A DNA stretch of 64,000 bases, taken from a virus. The stretch spans positions 96,001-160,000 of the IMG/VR virus record IMGVR_UViG_3300019850_000189; one strand, 5' to 3'. A program made the translations under genes and the position numbers. Under the pieces are notes generated by a model, which saw nothing but the letters and a program-made list of their open reading frames with translations, did not search any database and was not told where the DNA came from. Positions within the stretch are counted from its first letter, which is position 1, and every line of letters starts with the position of its first letter. This document shows, in pieces, positions 57,363 through 64,000 of the stretch.

Positions 57363-57948
57363 ACCAAATAATTCAAATAATAGATATCGCTAGTTCAAGA
57401 GAAAGACAAGAGAAAATTGGCAAAATTGCCGAAGTCGTACAAAGAGTGGTCATAGAATATAATAAGAATATTCAAGAGCCAAGGAATAAGATCGTTGCCA
57501 GCTGGCCCGCTGAACTCCTGAGTAAAAAAAACCAGTTATGCGAAATAGAAGTCGGCACAAGTAAAGCACCACGTTTCTATGACGGGTATTTAAAAGTTGT
57601 ATTTAGTCCCGAAGAAAGTATAGAGGGGGTGATTAGGAAGGTCAAAAGAGCAGTTGCTTTGACTTTCCTGAAAGATGAACCTAGTAAATGAAGTTGACAT
57701 AGTAGTTCGTAATTTATCCGAAGAATTACCGTTAAATATGACTCTCAAAGTAGATCATTTCGAGGATATTCTTGATGAAGAGCAAAAAATATACACGCAT
57801 ATGAGGGTGCATCTTGTACTAGTGGAGCAGAAGTTCACCAGCAATAAGCTAACTGACATTATAATTTTGTGCGACAGAAATAGCCATATATCTAAGATTA
57901 AGAAAATGATCAAGTCGGCTATGGCCAAAGATTTGTTAAGATAAATCT

Positions 57949-59385
57949 ATGCTATGCAAATTAGAACTAACAAACAATTTAATATTTATCACTTCAAGAA
58001 ATTATATTATCCAACATATATCCAAGAATTTTACTTATCGCGATATATCTCAAGCTTTTGTTCACGGCAAATTTCAAAAACACAATGTCCGCATAATTAA
58101 ACTATTGAAGTTTCAAAGTGATAAATATGCTTCACTCCCTATAGGGTTATTGGATGAATTAAAGTATCTTCTTGATAATATAGAAGATATGAATTATAAG
58201 ATTATAGATAATCGCTCAACAATAAAACATAATTTTACTGATGAGCAAATAAAGAATTGCCTTAACACGCCTTTAAGGGATTATCAAGTGGATGCGGCAA
58301 AAACATTTTTCCGGGAACAGCAAATGATCATGAAAGCAGCTACCGGTTCCGGTAAGACGAAAGTAACGGCTGCAATTATAAAGTTATTGGATGTTCCTAC
58401 TTTAATATTAGCTCACAAGAAGGATCTGGTGCATCAAACAGCCAAAAGATTCATCGAAGATGGTCTCACCAATATAGGTATTGTTCAGGGTACAAATATG
58501 CACACAGATAAAGTAACCATTGCAACAATTCAGTCTGCACACAAAATAGATCCTAACATTCGCAATAACTTCAAAATGGTAGTGTCAGATGAATGCCATA
58601 GATGCAACTCTCCTACTTATCAAGCTTTGTTGTCTCAAATGGTGAATACACATTATAAGCTGGGTTTGTCTGCAACTCCATACAACAAAGACAAACTGCA
58701 TAATGCTCTTGTTAAGTCTTGGATAGGTGAGATTAAATTTGATCTGGGAGCAAAAGATCTTATTGCACAAGGATTCCTGGCTGAGCCAGAAATACATATT
58801 ATACCAATCCGCAAAGCTGTCCAAGTGAGGCATTTAAAAAGTGGCTATAAAAAATACTCGATAAATATCGAGGATTATGGCTGGGTTGGTGCGGAGAGGA
58901 ATGGCATTATTCACAATGCATATCGAAATGATGTAATAAAAGTGATTGCTGAAAATGCACCGGGACCTGTATTAGTGCTTGTTAAAAGTATCAAACACGG
59001 TGAAAAACTCAATAAAATAATTTCCAATTCAATATTTATTTATGGCGATACAAAAATCGAAGATCGACAAGAGCATATTAAAGAATTCGAAGAAGGCAAA
59101 AACATAATACTAATCGGCTCCACAATTTTGGATGAAGGAATCGATATCCAGGAACTTAAAACCCTTATTGTATGCGCAGGAGGTAAATCTTTTATTCGGA
59201 CCATTCAAAGATTAGGCCGAGCCTTGAGAAAAACTGAGACTAAACATGATGTATTGATATACGATTTTATGGACACTACAAATAGATATCTTGAAAAACA
59301 CAGTAAAGAAAGAATTAAGGCATATCAAAAAGAAGGATTTCAAAAAATAATTTTTGATAAAGGCTATGACGAAAACCAAAAGTAA
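57949..59385 (+). CDS. uvsW: SF2 DNA helicase (T4 UvsW-like)
   Basis: LRDYQ, ATGSGKT, DECH, GLSATP, QRLGRALR. Confidence 0.85.
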   Translation: MLCKLELTNNLIFITSRNYIIQHISKNFTYRDISQAFVHGKFQKHNVRIIKLLKFQSDKYASLPIGLLDELKYLLDNIEDMNYKIIDNRSTIKHNFTDEQIKNCLNTPLRDYQVDAAKTFFREQQMIMKAATGSGKTKVTAAIIKLLDVPTLILAHKKDLVHQTAKRFIEDGLTNIGIVQGTNMHTDKVTIATIQSAHKIDPNIRNNFKMVVSDECHRCNSPTYQALLSQMVNTHYKLGLSATPYNKDKLHNALVKSWIGEIKFDLGAKDLIAQGFLAEPEIHIIPIRKAVQVRHLKSGYKKYSINIEDYGWVGAERNGIIHNAYRNDVIKVIAENAPGPVLVLVKSIKHGEKLNKIISNSIFIYGDTKIEDRQEHIKEFEEGKNIILIGSTILDEGIDIQELKTLIVCAGGKSFIRTIQRLGRALRKTETKHDVLIYDFMDTTNRYLEKHSKERIKAYQKEGFQKIIFDKGYDENQK

Positions 59386-59423
59386 TAAGATTATAACCGA
59401 GTAACAGCAAAGATAATGGTGTT

Positions 59424-59996
59424 ATGAACTTTAAGTCTATATTAAAAAATATATTATTAGAAGAACATCTGCCGGGGACGGCCCTTTTTGTTGGCCGTAT
59501 GCAGCCACTTACAATTGCGCATTATAATATTATAGATGATGCTAGAAAAAAGTATGATTATATTTTTGTAATTATAGTTGCGGGTAAATCAAAGAAGAAT
59601 AACCCGCTAACTTTCAAACAGCGCATAGAATTGGTATATAAAGCTTTTGAAGGCAAAATTCCAATGTCTCATATTATAAAGGCGCCGAATGCTTTCACGC
59701 CAAGTATCATAGATTATTTGCAAAGATACATCAGTAAAGAAAAACATAAGAATCGGTTTGTAATATTTAGCGGCGAGGATAGGGCCAATGAATATGTCAA
59801 CCAAATCGAAAAATATTATAATGGCAGTGCTCAAGTGAATGTGCATATTATTCCGCGGAAAGAGGAAAGCATATCCGCCACCAAAGTAAGAAAAGCGTTG
59901 ATGAATGATGATATAAGCAGTTATAAACGTTTGATGCCACATACGCTATGGGATGAATACGAAGAATTGAAACAAATAATTAATAATGTTGAGTAA
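59424..59996 (+). CDS. HIGH-family nucleotidyltransferase (cytidylyltransferase-like)
   Basis: GRMQPLTIAH, GEDR, ISATKVR. Confidence 0.85.
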   Translation: MNFKSILKNILLEEHLPGTALFVGRMQPLTIAHYNIIDDARKKYDYIFVIIVAGKSKKNNPLTFKQRIELVYKAFEGKIPMSHIIKAPNAFTPSIIDYLQRYISKEKHKNRFVIFSGEDRANEYVNQIEKYYNGSAQVNVHIIPRKEESISATKVRKALMNDDISSYKRLMPHTLWDEYEELKQIINNVE

Positions 59997-60094
59997 AATT
60001 ATATGCATTATCTGAGCAATAAAGAATATGATTATATGTAATTTATAGCTCTTGTGAGCTCAAGATAATCTACAGATAAAATACACAAGGAGAG

Positions 60095-60538
60095 ATGAAT
60101 ATGCAGATTGAGAAATTTATCGATATGCTGGAACAAAGAGTTGATGAAAAAGCCGCTTCGGCTCTTAATGAAGCTATGATACATGGTGAAAATGTACCTG
60201 ACGCTATTAAAAAGCAATACGGCTTCAAGTGGGCGTATGTGCCAGAGAAATACAATATCCTGATCGGTCTCAAGAAAGACAGTGATGACCTCGAACATGA
60301 CAAATGGGAAGTTATTGCCTTCGAGCCTAAAGTCAAAGCTGCAGCAGTTGCCAAGAAGGGAATGGCGAAAGAATTCGAGAGCATGAATGAAGCCATCGAT
60401 TTCACAACTTTCACAGAAGTTTCCAAGAGTGGCGACATGAATTTCCTTAAGCTTCTCGAACTTATTAAGGATCTTCTTGAGAATAAGACTATTGGAGTAC
60501 TACAGTCAACAGCAGCAAAGCTAAAAACTCGAGGGTAA
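60095..60538 (+). CDS. hypothetical protein
   Basis: AGGAG RBS; part of an operon with the vWA and AAA genes. Confidence 0.7.
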   Translation: MNMQIEKFIDMLEQRVDEKAASALNEAMIHGENVPDAIKKQYGFKWAYVPEKYNILIGLKKDSDDLEHDKWEVIAFEPKVKAAAVAKKGMAKEFESMNEAIDFTTFTEVSKSGDMNFLKLLELIKDLLENKTIGVLQSTAAKLKTRG

Positions 60539-60546
60539 GGTAAGCA

Positions 60547-61674
60547 ATGCCTATATATCCTTATGATGAATTAACACCAATAATTCCCGGAAAGCCCAGC
60601 CAGGCGCCAAGCGGTTCGGGTAGATCTGGCGCCAAAGTGCCAAAAGATGTTGAGATATGGCCAACCAAAGGACAAGGCAAGCCAAAACCTGGAGAGCCAG
60701 GGGCCGGTAATCCAAAACCTGGAGAGCCAGGGCCGGGCAAGCCAAAACCTGGAGAGCCAGGGCCGGGCAAGCCAAAACCTGGAGAGCAAACCGCTGGAAA
60801 ACCAACCTCAAAAAGGACTACCTTAACAGACACAGAGAAAGTTATTGGTGAAAGCGATGGCACAGCCCGAGGAGTTATCAAGCGAGTTTATGACGAAGCT
60901 AAGCGCAAAACGCATAGAATGGCGGGCAAGGCCGGCCAAGAGGCAGGCTCGAGCTTAAGTGTTTTTGAACCATTATTAGAAGCTAAAATCAACTGGCCGA
61001 GATTATTAAAACAAAAAGTAAAATTTTATGCCGATAAAGTTGGAAGAAAGATGAAGCAGCAGCCAAGCTATCTGATGTATCCTTGGAAAGCACAAGCCCA
61101 GGTGGGTATTCTCGCAAAAGCACCATTAAGGAAACCGGAAAAGAATTACATATATTTAATATTCGCATTTGACACATCTGGCTCCATTGGGCAAGATGAA
61201 ATGCAAAATATAGTTAATGAGCTCAATTCAGTCGCAAATACATTTAAGAATGGCACGCAAGGCATCACGGGCAAAGTATTTGAAATGGAATGGGATACAG
61301 CCGTGCATCAATTTACTGAATTCAAGCCATCTCAAAAAATAAAAGTCCTTGGCGGTGGGGGCACCGATCCCACTAGTATTTTTAAATATATAGATAAAAA
61401 AATCAAACGAGAATCTGATGGAAAATATGTACTAGATCTTGGGCCTCAGGATCAGCAGTCAGTAAGAAAATTGCCTGGCACTAAATATACTACAGCACCA
61501 TTTCTAGTTATATTTACTGATGGGGATTTTTTTCGTAATCTAAATAAAGCGTCATTGGGAAAAATATATGGCATAAGTGAAGATAATATATTTTATATAC
61601 TCACGGACACCGATAAATATATTTATCCGCAAAAAGAAGGAAATCATATTTGGTATGATACTCCCAAATTTTAG
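60547..61674 (+). CDS. vWA-like (DUF2201-type) protein with a Pro/Gly-rich N-terminus
   Basis: INWPRLL, FDTSGSI, GGGGTD, VIFTDG. Confidence 0.85.
   Translation: MPIYPYDELTPIIPGKPSQAPSGSGRSGAKVPKDVEIWPTKGQGKPKPGEPGAGNPKPGEPGPGKPKPGEPGPGKPKPGEQTAGKPTSKRTTLTDTEKVIGESDGTARGVIKRVYDEAKRKTHRMAGKAGQEAGSSLSVFEPLLEAKINWPRLLKQKVKFYADKVGRKMKQQPSYLMYPWKAQAQVGILAKAPLRKPEKNYIYLIFAFDTSGSIGQDEMQNIVNELNSVANTFKNGTQGITGKVFEMEWDTAVHQFTEFKPSQKIKVLGGGGTDPTSIFKYIDKKIKRESDGKYVLDLGPQDQQSVRKLPGTKYTTAPFLVIFTDGDFFRNLNKASLGKIYGISEDNIFYILTDTDKYIYPQKEGNHIWYDTPKF
60676..60786. repeat. 30-bp tandem repeat x3.7 (GKPKPGEPGP)
   Basis: GGCAAGCCAAAACCTGGAGAGCCAGGGCCG units. Confidence 0.95.
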
Positions 61675-61685
61675 GAGGAATTGAA

Positions 61686-63980
61686 ATGTCCCTCGGTTTT
61701 GAACATCTATTAGACAAAATGAATGTCGAGCTAAACGAACTTGATGCAAGGGGGGCTCTGCAGAAAACAGGAACAACAATTAAAAGAGCTCTAACAGCCA
61801 TTCCGGCAGCATTAAGAGGACTATATAACAAAATGGCAGGTGTCGTCAAATCTGTTGAAAAAGCATGGTTTAGCTTTCATGCCGCCATTGGCAGATTGAA
61901 AAATAACAAATTCGCATTATTTGGAAGAAATGGAAACAAACTCACTCCAGATCTGGATTTTATGAAAAGAGTTGAATTTAGCGGGAAGCATGTACCAATG
62001 TACAGATATAAGTCTGCAAAATACGGTATGGTAGAAGGATGGCTTCAACCTAATGGCAAAGTTGCTGTAGCTAAAATGCATCATGAAGGTGTGCCTTTAT
62101 TCTATTTAGGTCCTACTGTATTTAACCCCGCCACAATCAAAGTGACCGAATCAATAATAAGTCCAACTGAAAAGATTCTACTAGAACAAATATTGATAGA
62201 GGCTATTACAGGTAAAGAGGCGGAAGCCCAATTTTCGATGACCAGAAAAGAATCAGAAATGGCATTTAATGTGGAGAATCTTGTTAGAGAAGTTGTGAAA
62301 GAAAAAGAAAGGCCATTGAATGAAAGTGTAATCACTGCCGCAGATTTAGAAGATATATTAGATGATATGGCAACAGCAGTAGAGGCAAAAGCGCTTGGAC
62401 GAAGAAAGATGTCATTGCTTCTTTATGGACCTCCTGGCGTTGGTAAGTCTCAGGTAGTTGAGACATTTTTCGAAAAAAGAGGTTTTAAAGTAACGCTATT
62501 AATGATTCAACACGTGCCTATTGAAACTCTCGCTGGTTTTCCAGTTATCGATTTAGAAGGCAAGATGTCAAGCCACAAGGGCGTTACAATGATGGTATCT
62601 GATATATTACCAGAAAGCACAAGTAAAGCCAATCATCTCCTCTTCCTTGATGAATTTAATGCAGGCAGTCCTGAACAGCAGAAGGCAGCAATGAACCTTG
62701 CCTTGACAGGTAAAATTGGAACTTATACTTTACCGGTAAATACAGCAATTATTGCGGCTGGCAATGCAGGCGAAATAGACCGGGCCACCGCAGTTACAGA
62801 ATTAGACGCTCCTACATTTCGAAGATTTGTTTATAAGCTTCGTGTAGAACCTGATTTACCTTCGTGGCTGAAATATTCCAGGAAAGATACTATTATAACA
62901 TATGCCGGCGACAAATTAAACATGGGCCCAGTGCTCCCTATTATTACAAGAAACCTTGTCAAGTGGGCTGAAGAAGTGAAAGATCCTAAAGCTCCATTTG
63001 AAAAAATACTCAAAGGTTTTGGTGGCGAATCCGAGACGGGCTGGACAGATCCTGCCACATGGACAGCCTTGGATGAACAGATGAAGCTTCGAGGCATTAA
63101 AGAATTTAAGAATCTTCCAAAAGCCACTCAAAATAAACTGGTTGAAATCGGTAAGAAACAATTTAAGCATTTGAAAGACGATTTGGAAGCTGGTGCAAGA
63201 GCTTATACGATGGGCAAACAGGATGACATACTCAAAACTGTTGGGCCTAGAATTCTGGGCGCTGATTCTACAGAACTGGTTTCCGAGATGATAGTCAACT
63301 GGGAAGATTTTAAAAGAGAATCTGTACCTACATTAGATGTATTATTAAATTACAAGAATGTAAGAGATAGAGTTGCTAAATCAAAGGCTATTGATGCTGA
63401 AGTTATGATGGCTGAAATGGCCAACGAAATAGTTAACTTCGGCTCGAAAACGGCCATGAAGAAATATATGTCAAACAAGGGCATTGGTTATTATAAATCA
63501 TCTGGAAAAGATCCTTTGGCTCAGGCTCTTATGAATGTTGGGCAGTTTGTCAAAGACTTGGACGTAGGAGCCGAAATAATTACAGCTCACTTTGAAGCAT
63601 TAGCTCCAGCCATTGAAATGAAAAACCAATTGGCACTTGACTGGAAAGCAGGGCTATTGCAGCTTGGCATAGACCGAATTAAGGCCGGCTGGAATGGTTT
63701 CTTACAATCAATAGATAAGCAATTTAAAGATATAGCCGATGCTGATGATAAAGCAAAGTTTGTGTCTATGAAGAATAGTGGCGATTATTTTGAGCCAATT
63801 ATAAAAGCCTCTATGAGAATTAAAGATGCCAAATTAAGACAACAGTTCTTAGATACAGAATCTAAAAACTGGATCTTGCATCAGTCAAAAGCCAAGAAAA
63901 ATGTAAAAAAAGAAGAAGACATTGATGATAATGAAATCGTAATAACCGAAGAGATGCTAGAACTAGCAGGGGTAAAATAA
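61686..63980 (+). CDS. MoxR-like AAA+ ATPase with a long N-terminal extension
   Basis: Walker A YGPPGVGKS, Walker B LFLDEFN, sensor IAAGN, Arg finger FRRF. Confidence 0.88.
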   Translation: MSLGFEHLLDKMNVELNELDARGALQKTGTTIKRALTAIPAALRGLYNKMAGVVKSVEKAWFSFHAAIGRLKNNKFALFGRNGNKLTPDLDFMKRVEFSGKHVPMYRYKSAKYGMVEGWLQPNGKVAVAKMHHEGVPLFYLGPTVFNPATIKVTESIISPTEKILLEQILIEAITGKEAEAQFSMTRKESEMAFNVENLVREVVKEKERPLNESVITAADLEDILDDMATAVEAKALGRRKMSLLLYGPPGVGKSQVVETFFEKRGFKVTLLMIQHVPIETLAGFPVIDLEGKMSSHKGVTMMVSDILPESTSKANHLLFLDEFNAGSPEQQKAAMNLALTGKIGTYTLPVNTAIIAAGNAGEIDRATAVTELDAPTFRRFVYKLRVEPDLPSWLKYSRKDTIITYAGDKLNMGPVLPIITRNLVKWAEEVKDPKAPFEKILKGFGGESETGWTDPATWTALDEQMKLRGIKEFKNLPKATQNKLVEIGKKQFKHLKDDLEAGARAYTMGKQDDILKTVGPRILGADSTELVSEMIVNWEDFKRESVPTLDVLLNYKNVRDRVAKSKAIDAEVMMAEMANEIVNFGSKTAMKKYMSNKGIGYYKSSGKDPLAQALMNVGQFVKDLDVGAEIITAHFEALAPAIEMKNQLALDWKAGLLQLGIDRIKAGWNGFLQSIDKQFKDIADADDKAKFVSMKNSGDYFEPIIKASMRIKDAKLRQQFLDTESKNWILHQSKAKKNVKKEEDIDDNEIVITEEMLELAGVK

Positions 63981-64000
63981 ATTGAGCCTTAAGGGTATTA

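Noticed and set aside
60551-60881. Repetitive minus-strand ORFs (and similar shadow ORFs throughout, e.g. 556..849, 25894..26529, 47165..47773)
   Set aside because: Antisense or alternate-frame shadows of well-supported genes; no RBS or family motifs.
1-64000. Genome-wide TAG recoding (code 15)
   Set aside because: Conserved enzymes are full length in code 11. In the TAG-ending genes checked, readthrough reaches another stop within a few codons or the next gene is out of frame.
1-64000. CRISPR array
   Set aside because: No repeat-spacer series found; all tandem repeats seen are in-frame coding repeats or junction duplications.
1-64000. Archaeal or eukaryotic virus (long Topo IB, TATA-like motif)
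   Set aside because: tmRNA, DnaE, CspA, sigma70 promoters, a gp55-like sigma and two-component proteins point to a bacterial host.

Overview
AT-rich, gene-dense segment of a large (jumbo-type) bacteriophage genome, mostly encoded on the + strand. No host-chromosome housekeeping operons, rRNA, integrase or CRISPR array were seen. Bacterial host signals include Shine-Dalgarno sites, seven near-perfect TTTACA/T-N17-TA[TC]A[AG]T promoters, a tmRNA and CspA. Bases 1-12.5 kb hold a tRNA/accessory region: Leu x3, Arg x3, Cys, an amber-suppressor CUA tRNA, a decayed Leu tRNA, tmRNA, an HNH nuclease, a vWA protein, a REC-HD-GYP protein, CspA and a DHH phosphoesterase. Bases 13.9-31 kb hold a T4-like replication module: family-4 UDG, helicase, primase, gp55-like sigma factor, a DnaE polymerase split into two genes (the C-half with a mini-intein), dCMP deaminase and gp32-like SSB, with a PAS-PAS hybrid histidine kinase inserted between the two DnaE halves. 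The rest carries a Pol-beta nucleotidyltransferase, a radical SAM protein, a tubulin/FtsZ-family protein, Hsp20, a degenerate PurH domain, a lytic transglycosylase, MazG-like, minimal Pol X, a GGQ release-factor-like protein, a long eukaryote/archaea-type topoisomerase IB, a UvsW-like helicase and a vWA/AAA pair. Strongest leads: the long-form Topo IB, the intact phage-encoded phosphorelay/cyclic-dinucleotide parts, the intein-independent split DnaE with a duplicated degenerate segment, the CUA tRNA, a recurrent ACATATATA promoter-like motif, and several structured RNA elements. All family calls come from motif recognition by eye, not database searches.
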